This document shows positions 47,348 to 56,522 of a stretch of 64,000 nucleotides of DNA, piece by piece. The DNA lies in assembly GCA_963708135.1 (NCBI GenBank), contig OY970192.1, positions 2,112,001 through 2,176,000 on the forward strand. The letters run 5' to 3'. The stretch comes from an uncultured Gemmatimonadales bacterium. GTDB lineage: Bacteria > Gemmatimonadota > Gemmatimonadetes > Longimicrobiales > RSA9. Each line of letters opens with the position of its first letter. Position 1 is the stretch's first letter. The notes under the pieces are model-generated. The model did not search any database and had not been told where the DNA came from. It saw only the letters and a program-made list of their open reading frames with translations. The translations under genes and the position numbers were made by a program.

Positions 47348-47365
47348 TGTTGCTGAATGTCAACA
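47348..47365. promoter_or_regulatory. Palindromic activator site, copy 7
   Basis: TGTTGC-TGAATG-TCAACA, with an extra TGTTGC half-site at 47372-47377. Confidence 0.68.
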
Positions 47366-47596
47366 ACAATGTGTTGCGCTCATCCAGAAGAGCGGCCGCC
47401 GCGGCGGATGACGCATAACCGAGGCCCGTTTGGGGCAACGAGTTATCCGAATTCCGTCGAGTCGGGGCCAGGTGCTGTGCGAGGTCCGCAAGTGGCGCGG
47501 TGGGACCGCGGTGGCGGGCCGACGCAGGTGGGATCGGCGTGCAACGGGTGATGCGGCGGGGCGTCGCGCGGGAGGCGAGGGGGTGCGGAGGTGAGG

Positions 47597-48841
47597 TCAG
47601 TAGCGTGGCTCGAGGCCGAGGACGAGGCGGCTGGTATCGCGGGCGATGAGGAGCTCCTCATCGGTGGGGATGACCCAGGCGGCGAGGCGGGAACCGTCAC
47701 GGCTGATGCGGGCCTCGGTGCCGCGGACGGCGGTGCGATTGGCGTCTTCATCGAGCTCGAGGCCGAGACAGCCGAGCCCGTCCAGGATGCTGGCGCGGAT
47801 GGAGGGGGCGTTCTCCCCGATACCGCCGGTGAAGACGAGGGCGTCGGCGCCGCCGAGAGCGGCGAGGTAGGCGCCGACGTACTTGCGGGCGCGGTAGCAG
47901 AACACCTCGATGGCGAGGCGGGCGCGGCGGTCGTCGTGCTCCTCGGCTTCGGCGAGCAGCTCTCGCATGTCGTTGGTGAGGCCGGAGATGCCGAGGAGTC
48001 CGGACTGCTTGTTGAGGAGGAGGTCCATGTCGCGGAGGCTCTGGCCCTCCTTGGCGGCAATGAAGTCGAGGATGGCAGGGTCGAGGTCACCCGATCGGGT
48101 CCCCATGACGAGTCCCTCGAGGGGGGTGAAGCCCATGGAGGTATCGATGGAGTCGCCGTCGCGGATGGCGCAGGCGGAGCAGCCGTTGCCGAGATGGAGG
48201 GTGATGAGGCGAGAGCCGGCGCGCCCCTGCCCGGTGATCTGGCGCCAGCGCCATGCGACGTAGCGGTGGGACGTGCCGTGGAATCCGTAGCGCCGGATCC
48301 GGTATCGTCGATAGTAGGAGTAGGGAATGGCGTAGAGGTAGGCGCGGTCCGGGAGGGTGTGGTGGAAGGCGGTGTCGAAGACCGCGGCCTGCGGCACCTC
48401 ACGGCCGAGGAGCTCCCGGATGGCGAGGATCCCCTTGAGGTTGTGGGGGTTGTGGAGCGGCGCGAGGTCAATGGTGTCCTGGATCTCCCGCAGCACCTCG
48501 GGGTGGACGAGCATGGAGCGGGTGAAGCGCTCACCGCCGTGGACCACGCGATGCCCCACGGCATCGATGTCATGGAGGCTCGAGAGGGCGGGCCCCGACT
48601 CGCTGGAGATGAGCCAGTGCAGGACGGCGTCGATGGCGGCGCGCAGGTCGCGGATGTTGGCGACGGAGCGCTCGACGGGCTCCTCGCCGGCCTCGAGGGC
48701 GAGCAGCGCCTCGCCGCCGATGCGCTCGACCGCGCCGCGGGCCAGGCGCTGATCCGTGCCGGCGGCCATACGCTCCGCGTCGGTTCGGATGACCTGGAAC
48801 TTGAGGGTGGAGGAGCCGGCATTCAGCACGAGGACGTTCAT
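47597..48841 (-). CDS. ackA: Acetate kinase
   Basis: [62 protein letters not shown]. Confidence 0.96.
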   Translation of the reverse strand: MNVLVLNAGSSTLKFQVIRTDAERMAAGTDQRLARGAVERIGGEALLALEAGEEPVERSVANIRDLRAAIDAVLHWLISSESGPALSSLHDIDAVGHRVVHGGERFTRSMLVHPEVLREIQDTIDLAPLHNPHNLKGILAIRELLGREVPQAAVFDTAFHHTLPDRAYLYAIPYSYYRRYRIRRYGFHGTSHRYVAWRWRQITGQGRAGSRLITLHLGNGCSACAIRDGDSIDTSMGFTPLEGLVMGTRSGDLDPAILDFIAAKEGQSLRDMDLLLNKQSGLLGISGLTNDMRELLAEAEEHDDRRARLAIEVFCYRARKYVGAYLAALGGADALVFTGGIGENAPSIRASILDGLGCLGLELDEDANRTAVRGTEARISRDGSRLAAWVIPTDEELLIARDTSRLVLGLEPRY

Positions 48842-49060
48842 ACCGGGAATATCGGGGTGCTACCCGGGGGCGCAAGCGGCACACCAGTGTCGCCTTTACC
48901 TCACCTGCGCGGCGCGGGCTCGGAGCTCCAACTGCTTTGACACAGAGGGCTCCGAGGAAACCGGAGGAAACGGAGAACGGATCTTCGAGTCCTCCGTGTC
49001 AGGGCAGTTGGGACTCGCGGCCGCCGGGAAGCTGGCTCGAGCCGCCGGGCCAGCGCGCGG

Positions 49061-50236
49061 CTAGCGCGTGGCCCGCGAGGCCGTGCCGTAGCCGGTCAGC
49101 TCGATGTAGCCACGACCGGCGGGGCGAGCGTCGCGGGAATCGACGAGCGTGACGGCACCCTCCCAGTAGCGGAAGGCGAGGTCGAGCTCCTGGTCGCGGA
49201 GGAGCGGCTCGAGGCGCACGTCGACACCGGCGGAGGGGACGCGCACGCGCCAGCCGGAGGGGTAGCGCACGCCCGTCGCTGGGCTCGTCCATTTTCCCAG
49301 GACGGCGACGTCGAAGTCCGCGGCCGTGAGCGCCCGAGGGCGACCGTCGGGGGCGACCACCGTGCCGGCGCTGAAGGGTGAGATGGCGCCGCCGCGGTGG
49401 CGGATGCGGTAGAGCACGAGGTCGCGGCCGTCCGCGAGCTGGAGCGCGAACCAGTCCCACCCGACCTCGTCGGGGGCAAGGGCGCTGGTGCTCCACTCAC
49501 GGTCCATCCAGCTCGCGCCGCGGACGTGGATGCTGTCGCGGCCGATGCGGAGCACGCCGGCGGTGGGCAGGCGGGTCAGCGAGTAGTAATAGGACGCGTC
49601 CCCCGGCGCGGCGCCCTTGCGGCTGAGCCCGCGGTCGCCCTCGGGGACGGGCGGCTTTCCGCGGGCGAGCACGAGGTCGAGGGCGACGTCGCCCTGGGCC
49701 GCGGTGAGGCGCACGGGGAAGGTGGCGGCGCCGATCGAGCGCGCGGACCAGTTGTCGATCCAGACGCGGAACGGAGCCGCTCCGGCGCCGGCCAGACCGA
49801 GCGCGCCGCGCTCGAAGCGGGAGAAGGCGTGGAAGCGGCGGCCGGCGGCATCGGTGAGGGCGAGGTTGCCCATCCAGGCCTGGCGCGCGGCCCACTCGGA
49901 GGCGCGGTGCAGCGAGTCGGGCGTGAGGGCGGCGCGGAAGATGGTCAGCTGGTAGCCGAAGCTGCGCCCATCCGCCGCGTCCAGGTTCCCGGTGAAGTAC
50001 CACCACTCGCTGCGGAAGGCCGGGTGCGGGCCGTGGTCGGCCGGGAACACGAACGGCCGCGGCGCGAGGGCGCGGGCGTAGCCGGCGGTGTCGCCGCCGG
50101 CCAGGACGTCCGAGGTGGAGAGGGAGGCCTCGACGGCAGTCGGCGCCCTGCGGGAAAGGGCCCAGGCACCCGCGGCGAGCGCCGCGGCGCCCAGGATGGC
50201 AGCCGCGAGCAGGGCGCCGGTTCGCCGCGACGTCAC
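49061..50236 (-). CDS. Lipocalin-like/CrtC-AttH family protein
   Basis: FPADHGPHP.FRSEWWY, YYYS, WMDREWST, GWDWF, YWEGAV, GYIELTGY. Confidence 0.87.
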   Translation of the reverse strand: MTSRRTGALLAAAILGAAALAAGAWALSRRAPTAVEASLSTSDVLAGGDTAGYARALAPRPFVFPADHGPHPAFRSEWWYFTGNLDAADGRSFGYQLTIFRAALTPDSLHRASEWAARQAWMGNLALTDAAGRRFHAFSRFERGALGLAGAGAAPFRVWIDNWSARSIGAATFPVRLTAAQGDVALDLVLARGKPPVPEGDRGLSRKGAAPGDASYYYSLTRLPTAGVLRIGRDSIHVRGASWMDREWSTSALAPDEVGWDWFALQLADGRDLVLYRIRHRGGAISPFSAGTVVAPDGRPRALTAADFDVAVLGKWTSPATGVRYPSGWRVRVPSAGVDVRLEPLLRDQELDLAFRYWEGAVTLVDSRDARPAGRGYIELTGYGTASRATR

Positions 50237-50239
50237 CGG

Positions 50240-52861
50240 CTACTCCTGCCTCAGCGCCGCGGCGGGCGGCGTGCGTGCCATGCGTAGCGCCGGATAGATC
50301 CCCGCGAGGAGGGCCGCCACGAGGGCGACGGCAACGGCCTGGAGAAGGAGCATGGGGGCAACGCGCATCTCGAGCGTCCAGCCGAAGGAGCGGCGGTTCA
50401 CGACGAAGATCATGACGGCGGCCATGAGCAGGCCGAAGGGGAGCGCGAGCAGGCCGGCGGCGAGCCCGATGAGGCCGGTCTCGGTGGAGACGAGGGCCCA
50501 GACCTGTGTCACGGTGAGCCCGGTCGCGCGCAGCACGCCGATCTCGCGGGCGCGCTCGAGCTGCAGGGCCATGAGCGCGCTGAGCACGCCCACGAACGCG
50601 ACGATGAGCGCGAGGAGCCGGAGCACGGAGGTGATGGCGAAGGTGCGGTCGAACACCCGCAGCGAGGCCGCGCGAAGTCCGCGGTTGGAGCGGATCAGCA
50701 CGGCCTGGCCGCCCGCCGCGCGGGCGCGCAGCCGGCGGACGAGTCCATCCACGTCAACGCCGGGAGCGGCGTAGAGCCCGAGGGAGGAGGTGCCGCGATC
50801 GTTCCAGAAGGCGTCGTAGGTCAGGCGGCTCATGAACACCACGCCCTGGTCCGAGGAGTAATCGTAGAAGACGCCGGCCACGGGAAAGTCATGAGGGCCG
50901 CGGTCGGTCCACAACCGGACCGAGCCGCCCGGAGCGAGGTGGCGGCGGTACGCGAACGGCTCGGTGACCAAGACGCCACCGTTCTGACGGAACGCCCGCC
51001 ACGCGGCCGCGGGATCGCCGCTCTTCATGCGGAACGCGCCACCTGCCGACGCCGGGAGCCGGAGGGCGACGACCCGCGTCGGGCCCGCCGGCGCGGGCAC
51101 GGTCACGCTCCGGTTCGAGCTCCAGCGGGCGACACCGGGCGCGGCGATGAGCGTGCGCATCAGGCCGGGGTCGATTGTGCCCTCGCTGCGCGTCGCGCCC
51201 AGGCCGGGCGCGGAGACGTAGATGTCGGCGCGGAGCGTGCCATCCAGCCAGCGGACGACGCTCCCGCGGAAGCTCTGGACCATGGTGCCCACCGCCACGC
51301 CGACCGACACCGCGATGGCCAGTGCGGCCACGGCGGGCGCCGTGCGGCTGAGGGTTGCGGCGACGCCGCCGGCCGCCATGCGGCCGATCATGCCAGCCGT
51401 ACGGCCGAGCACCGGGCGGGCGAGGCGGGCCAGCAGGAGGGTGGCGAGCGGCGTGAGCAAGGCGACGCCGAGGATCAGGACGAAGAGCCCGGCGAAGCTG
51501 CCGAGCACGCTGCGACCGGAGAGGGCGAGCAGCAGGAAGCCGAGGCCGAGCAGGCCCGTGCCGGCGAGTGCCGCCCGGGGTGCGGCGCGGCGCGCGCGAG
51601 CCTCGAGATGGGCGCGACTGAGCACGGCGCGGGGCGGCGCCGTCGTGGCCTCGTGGGCGGGCGGCAGCGCGGCCAGAATGGTGGCGCCGATGCCGAGCGC
51701 GAGGGCCTCGAGCACGGCGAGCGGCGTGAGCGTGACACCGCGGACGGAGACGACGAAGTAGAGATCGTTCAGGGTGCGGGTGATCAGGCGCACCAGGCCC
51801 TGGCCGAGGAGGACGCCGAGGGCGAGGCCGATGGCGGTGCCGACGAGGCCGATCACGAGGGCCTCCCCGAGCAGCAGAGCGAACACCTCCCGGCGCGTGA
51901 CGCCGAGCGCGCGCAAGGTCCCGATGAGCGGACGCCGCTGCACGACGGAGAAGGTCATGGTGTTGTAGATCAGGAACATCCCGAAGATCAGAGCGAGCAG
52001 GCTGAGCGCGGTGAGGTTGAGGTCGAAGGCCCTGGTCATCTGCAGCATGGCGCCGGCACGCGCGGCGGCGGGCTCCACCACCAGCCCGGCCGGCAGGGCG
52101 CGCCGGATGCGGGCGAGCGCGGCGGTGCCCGCGCGGCCGGGGGGCAGGACGAGGTCGATGCGAGTGAGGCGGCCGCTCGACCCGAGCAGCTCCTGAGCGC
52201 TGGAAACGTCGGTGAGCACCACGTCGGCGAGCGCACGCCGGCTCACCTCGTCCGCCGGCCGGAGCGTGCCGGCGAGGATCACGGGGTGGGACTCCCCTGC
52301 CACGCCGAGCGTCAGGGTGTCCCCGACGGCGACCCCCAGCTCCCGGGCCGTCTCCCGGGCCAGCAGGATCGCCCCCGGCACGACGAGGAGCGCCGTGAAG
52401 GGGACATCGCCGCCGCCCGGGGGCCCGAGATACGGACGGAACGGTCGCTCGGCGAACGGATCGACGCCGAGGAGGTGGAACACGCGGGCCCCGGGAGCGG
52501 CTTCGACGGTGCTGCTCCCGCCGCCGGAGGAGGCACGCCCGGCCGCGGGGGCGGTGCGACCGCGCGCGGCGAGGCCAACGTACGCCTCGACGACGGGAGC
52601 GGCATCCACCAGGCCGAGCCCCACACGCAGCTCGCGGTAGACGGAATCGGGGATCCCGCCGGGGCCCGCCACGATGTGGTGCGTCGCGCGGCCGGCCACC
52701 GCCTCGGTGGAAAGGGTGAAGGCGCGCCGCGCGCTACCAATGGCGAGGTCGATCGCCAGCACGACGGCCACGCCGAGCGCGATGCCGAGCACGGAGAGCC
52801 CCGCCTGCCACGGGTGCCGCAGCAGGTGGCGCAGGCTGGCACGGCGGAGCACGGGCGTCAC
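50240..52861 (-). CDS. FtsX-like ABC permease (AttF/G-like, duplicated)
   Basis: [39 protein letters not shown]. Confidence 0.88.
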   Translation of the reverse strand: MTPVLRRASLRHLLRHPWQAGLSVLGIALGVAVVLAIDLAIGSARRAFTLSTEAVAGRATHHIVAGPGGIPDSVYRELRVGLGLVDAAPVVEAYVGLAARGRTAPAAGRASSGGGSSTVEAAPGARVFHLLGVDPFAERPFRPYLGPPGGGDVPFTALLVVPGAILLARETARELGVAVGDTLTLGVAGESHPVILAGTLRPADEVSRRALADVVLTDVSSAQELLGSSGRLTRIDLVLPPGRAGTAALARIRRALPAGLVVEPAAARAGAMLQMTRAFDLNLTALSLLALIFGMFLIYNTMTFSVVQRRPLIGTLRALGVTRREVFALLLGEALVIGLVGTAIGLALGVLLGQGLVRLITRTLNDLYFVVSVRGVTLTPLAVLEALALGIGATILAALPPAHEATTAPPRAVLSRAHLEARARRAAPRAALAGTGLLGLGFLLLALSGRSVLGSFAGLFVLILGVALLTPLATLLLARLARPVLGRTAGMIGRMAAGGVAATLSRTAPAVAALAIAVSVGVAVGTMVQSFRGSVVRWLDGTLRADIYVSAPGLGATRSEGTIDPGLMRTLIAAPGVARWSSNRSVTVPAPAGPTRVVALRLPASAGGAFRMKSGDPAAAWRAFRQNGGVLVTEPFAYRRHLAPGGSVRLWTDRGPHDFPVAGVFYDYSSDQGVVFMSRLTYDAFWNDRGTSSLGLYAAPGVDVDGLVRRLRARAAGGQAVLIRSNRGLRAASLRVFDRTFAITSVLRLLALIVAFVGVLSALMALQLERAREIGVLRATGLTVTQVWALVSTETGLIGLAAGLLALPFGLLMAAVMIFVVNRRSFGWTLEMRVAPMLLLQAVAVALVAALLAGIYPALRMARTPPAAALRQE

Positions 52862-53616
52862 GCCGGCGGCCGCTCCGAGAGGGCGCCCGCCCGGATCTCG
52901 AGGACGCGGTCGGCGAGCGCGACCACCCGGGGGCTGTGGGTGACCACGAGCATGGTCTTCCCCGCCCCGCGTGTCATGCGGTCGAGCAGCCCCAGCACGC
53001 GGGCGCCGGTCTCCTCATCGAGATTGCCCGTGGGCTCGTCCGCCAGAACGAGGGCCGGGTCGTGCGCGAGCGCGCGGGCGATCGCCACGCGCTGCTGCTC
53101 GCCGCCGGAGAGCCGGTCCGGATAGGAGGCGGCCCTTTCCGGCAGCCCCACGGCCTCGAGAAGCTCGCGCGCCCGCCCACGGGCGCTCTCCCCTTCCCGG
53201 CCGTTCAGCTCGAGCGGCAGGAGGAGGTTCTCCTCCACGGTGAGGGTGGGCACCAGGTTGAAGAACTGGAACACGAAGCCAATGGCGCGGCGGCGGAAGA
53301 GGGTCCGCTCGCGCTCACGCAGTGTGGCGAGGTCCACCCCGTCGATCCGCACGCTGCCGGCGCTCGGGGTGTCGATGCCCCCGATCAGGTTGAGCAGCGT
53401 CGACTTCCCGGAGCCGCTGGGGCCGAGGAGCACGACGAGCTCGCCCCGACGAATGCAGGCGCTGGCCGAGCGCAGGACGACGTGCTCCGAATCGCCTTCG
53501 TGATAGCTCCTGGCCAGGCCCCGGAGCTCGACGAGGATGTCGTCCTCTCCGGCGCCCGTGCGCGCCCCGCTGTCAATCTCGCCTGCCTCGGGACGAGGCG
53601 GCACTCCGTCCGGCAT
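52858..53616 (-). CDS. ABC transporter ATP-binding protein (LolD/AttE-like)
   Basis: [33 protein letters not shown]. Confidence 0.92.
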   Translation of the reverse strand: MPDGVPPRPEAGEIDSGARTGAGEDDILVELRGLARSYHEGDSEHVVLRSASACIRRGELVVLLGPSGSGKSTLLNLIGGIDTPSAGSVRIDGVDLATLRERERTLFRRRAIGFVFQFFNLVPTLTVEENLLLPLELNGREGESARGRARELLEAVGLPERAASYPDRLSGGEQQRVAIARALAHDPALVLADEPTGNLDEETGARVLGLLDRMTRGAGKTMLVVTHSPRVVALADRVLEIRAGALSERPPA

Positions 53617-53675
53617 TCAGCCCCTCACTTGTCGATCGTATCCGAAGTAGCGATGGCCGTTCGCCGGCGCATGCA

Positions 53676-53717
53676 GAAAGCCCCCAGGGGCTGACACGCA
53701 GCTCCCTGGGGGCTTTC
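53676..53717 (-). terminator. Intrinsic terminator-like hairpin
   Basis: GAAAGCCCCCAGGG...CCCTGGGGGCTTTC, ending in TTTC on both strands. Confidence 0.7.
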
Positions 53718-53740
53718 GTTCCGCTGGCGAGACCGGTCCG

Positions 53741-53966
53741 ATCCGTTCGGTCGTCACCGCGTGCGGTGACTCGGTTCCAATCCCTTGCCCCGATACGCGC
53801 GGTCTGCGATCGAGGGTGCCCCGAGCTCTTTTCGAGGGCGTCAGCTGCGGCCAGCGACCCCGCAGCCGGCTCGAGAGGGCCGGACCCTTTCTCGAGCTGA
53901 CCGGCCGACGGCGTCCCGTCGTGTCGGTCCGACGCTCAGGGTTGCGACCGCTTCCCCGAACGCACT
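53741..53966 (-). ncRNA. Structured ncRNA, 6S RNA-like
   Basis: Has its own sigma70-type promoter and a downstream terminator. Long-range pairings CGTTCGG/CCGAACG, CGGT/ACCG and CCCTGA/TCGGGG surround a central bubble closed by GGGAcGCC/GGCACCC. Confidence 0.5.
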
Positions 53967-53971
53967 TTTTG

Positions 53972-54000
53972 ATGCTAGCGGAGGGCGCCCGGGGCGGCAA
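53972..54000 (-). promoter_or_regulatory. sigma70-type promoter
   Basis: Minus strand TTGCCG-N17-TAGCAT, with the predicted TSS at the 5' edge of the structured RNA. Confidence 0.6.
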
Positions 54001-54125
54001 GGCCTTCGGGCGTCCTTCGGCGGCTGCCGCGCCGCTTGCCGCGACGGCGCGCGGGTCGGCATCTTGGCGCGCACCGGCCGGTCCATGGAGCTCGCGGCCG
54101 TGCGCGCAACAGACAGGAGTCCGCG

Positions 54126-54974
54126 ATGTCGATCGGTCACATCTCCGACACCGCCCGCTGGGTCGCCGTCTATCGTGCAATGGAGAGCGAGCGGCCGGAC
54201 GCGCTGTTTCGCGACCCGTACGCCCGCCGCCTGGCGGGCGAGGAGGGCGAGGCGATCGTACGGGCGATGCCGCAGGGAACATCGACGGCGTGGGCGATGA
54301 TCGTCCGCACGGTGGTCATGGACGAGCTGCTCCTGTCGCTGCTGGAGGGCGGGACGGATGTCGTGGTCAACCTCGCGGCGGGGCTGGACGCCCGGCCATA
54401 CCGGCTGCCCCTCCGCTCGGGGCTTCGCTGGGTGGACGTGGACCTGGCCGAGCTGCTTGCCTACAAGGGCGCGGCGCTCGCGGACGCGACGCCCGCGTGT
54501 CGGTACGAGACGATCGCGGCGGACCTCTCGGACGTGGAACAACGGCGCGCGGCGCTCGCGCAGGCGGCGGCCGGCGTCTCGAAAGGGGTCGTTCTGACGG
54601 AAGGGCTGCTCCTCTATCTGACGGAGGCGCAGGTCGGGGGGCTGGCGGGCGACCTGCGGGCGGAGTCCGCGCTCGAGCACTGGATCATCGACCTCGCCTC
54701 GCCCAGGCTCCTGCGGATGATGCACCGGATGGGGTGGGCCAGAGGCGTGGAAGAGAGCGGGGCGCGCATGCAGTTCGCCCCGGAAGCTGGGGTGGACTTC
54801 TTCCGCCCGTTCGGGTGGCGAGTCGGGGAGCGGCGGTCGGCGCTGCTCGAATCGAGGCGGCTCGACCGCCGGATGCGGCAGGATCGGTGGGTGCGGGCGT
54901 TCGAGATCCTGATGCCGTGGACACGCGAACAGGGGCGGGAGATGTCGCAGATCGTTCGGCTGGACCGGGCGTAG
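54126..54974 (+). CDS. SAM-dependent methyltransferase (LCM/TIGR00027-like)
   Basis: AGGAG RBS; SDTARWVAVYRAMESERPDALFRDPYA, VVNLAAGLDARPYRL, TEGLLLYL. Confidence 0.87.
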   Translation: MSIGHISDTARWVAVYRAMESERPDALFRDPYARRLAGEEGEAIVRAMPQGTSTAWAMIVRTVVMDELLLSLLEGGTDVVVNLAAGLDARPYRLPLRSGLRWVDVDLAELLAYKGAALADATPACRYETIAADLSDVEQRRAALAQAAAGVSKGVVLTEGLLLYLTEAQVGGLAGDLRAESALEHWIIDLASPRLLRMMHRMGWARGVEESGARMQFAPEAGVDFFRPFGWRVGERRSALLESRRLDRRMRQDRWVRAFEILMPWTREQGREMSQIVRLDRA

Positions 54975-55018
54975 GAACGGGGAGGGGCGATCCGAATGGA
55001 ACGGGGGAGAGACTCGCG

Positions 55019-55957
55019 ATGAAGCCGTCGGACAACCCGCTGACGAAGATCGGGATCCTGAACGAGACACTGTTCCGGATCAGCGGGACGGAGGTCACGG
55101 CGGTGACGCTGATCACGGTCGTCCTGATCGTGGTCGTGACCTACCTGATCTCGCGGCTACTGCAGCGGGCGATCGTGCGGGCGTTCCAGTTCCGTGGCGT
55201 GACGGACGTGGGGACCACGGGGATCGCGAAGCGGGTGGTCCACTACGTGGTCATGGTGATCGGGCTCGGCGTGGGGCTGCAGACGCTCGGGCTCAACCTG
55301 AACACGCTGTTCGCGGCGGGCGCGCTGTTCGCGGTGGCGATCGGCTTCGCCATGCAGAACATCGCGCAGAACTTCGTGTCGGGGATGATCCTGCTGGTGG
55401 AGCGCACGATCAAGCCGGGCGACGTGCTGGATGTGGAGGGGCGGGTGGTGCGGGTCGAGCGGATGGGGCTGCGCTCCACGATCGCGCGCAGCCGGGACGA
55501 GGAGGACCTGATCGTCCCGAACGCAACGCTGGTGCAATCGACGGTGACGAACTACACGCTGCGGGACTCTCAGTACCGGGTGCGTGCGAACGTCGGGGTC
55601 GCGTACGAGTCGGACATGCGGCTGGTACGCACGACGCTCGAGAAAGCGGCGCGGTCGGTGGCGTCGCGGAACGCGGTGAAGGACCCGCGCGTGCTGCTGA
55701 CGGAGTTCGGTAACTCGACGGTCAACTTCGACATCTCGATCTGGATCGACGACCCGTGGAACGCGCCGGGCGCGCAGTCGGCGCTGAACGAGGCGGTCTG
55801 GTTCGGGCTGCAGGACGCGGGCATCACGATCGCGTTCCCGCAGATGGACGTCCATTTCGACCGGCCGGTCTCGAGGTCGTTCGCGGCGCTGGGTCCGGGT
55901 GTGGCGGGCCGGCTACCTCCCGGGTCCGGCGAGGAGCCCACGCCCGCGGGAGGCTGA
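55019..55957 (+). CDS. MscS family mechanosensitive channel
   Basis: AIGFAMQNIAQNFVSG, IKPGD, GLRST, VPN, GVAY, IAFPQ. Confidence 0.9.
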   Translation: MKPSDNPLTKIGILNETLFRISGTEVTAVTLITVVLIVVVTYLISRLLQRAIVRAFQFRGVTDVGTTGIAKRVVHYVVMVIGLGVGLQTLGLNLNTLFAAGALFAVAIGFAMQNIAQNFVSGMILLVERTIKPGDVLDVEGRVVRVERMGLRSTIARSRDEEDLIVPNATLVQSTVTNYTLRDSQYRVRANVGVAYESDMRLVRTTLEKAARSVASRNAVKDPRVLLTEFGNSTVNFDISIWIDDPWNAPGAQSALNEAVWFGLQDAGITIAFPQMDVHFDRPVSRSFAALGPGVAGRLPPGSGEEPTPAGG

Positions 55958-56061
55958 GCGGGGCTGTCACCGGCGAGGCCCCCGCGGCGTTTCATCGACA
56001 GGCGGGCGCGAGCGTGGGCCTGCGCGCCGCCGGACCCGCTCCGCAAACGAGGAGGCATGCC

Positions 56062-56517
56062 GTGTCCCGGCTCTCCGTGCTTCCCATCGTCGCGATCCTC
56101 GCCGCCGTGCCCGGCTGCGACCTGAGCCTGACATCCGCGCTGCCGTGCGGAGCCGGGGACGGGCTCCGCCCGCCGCTGGTGGTGAGCTCGGGCGCGAGCT
56201 TCAAGCTGGGGCTGGGGGAGACGGCGGTGGTGCGGGAGACGTGCCTCACGGTCCGGTTCGACGCCGTCCCGGAGGACTCGCGTTGCCCGCTCGACGTGGA
56301 GTGTCCCTCGGCCGGCAACGCGCGCGTCGCGCTCACGCTGCTGCCGGCGGGCGGAGAGCCGAGCGGACTCGAGCTCAACACGCTGCTGGAGCCCCGAGCG
56401 GGCACGGCGGCGGGCCACGCCGTGGCCCTCCTGGATCTGACGCCGATGCCGGAGGCGGGCCGCCCGATTCCACCGGACGAGGTGCGGGCGAAACTACGCG
56501 TGGACGCGCCGCAATGA
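56062..56517 (+). CDS. Hypothetical lipoprotein
   Basis: GAGGAGG RBS before GTG; lipobox VPGC; EDSRCPLDVECPSAG Cys motif. Confidence 0.65.
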   Translation: MSRLSVLPIVAILAAVPGCDLSLTSALPCGAGDGLRPPLVVSSGASFKLGLGETAVVRETCLTVRFDAVPEDSRCPLDVECPSAGNARVALTLLPAGGEPSGLELNTLLEPRAGTAAGHAVALLDLTPMPEAGRPIPPDEVRAKLRVDAPQ

Positions 56518-56522
56518 CCATC

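Noticed and set aside
49061..53616. ABC ATPase-FtsX permease-lipocalin cassette as a novel system
   Set aside because: Matches the known widespread AttEFGH-like arrangement and lacks the locus palindrome.
53770..53790. T-box-like TGGAACC, and a group II intron-like GTGCG start at 53965, in the structured RNA
   Set aside because: No antiterminator partner or amino-acid gene downstream; no intron domain V or reverse transcriptase.
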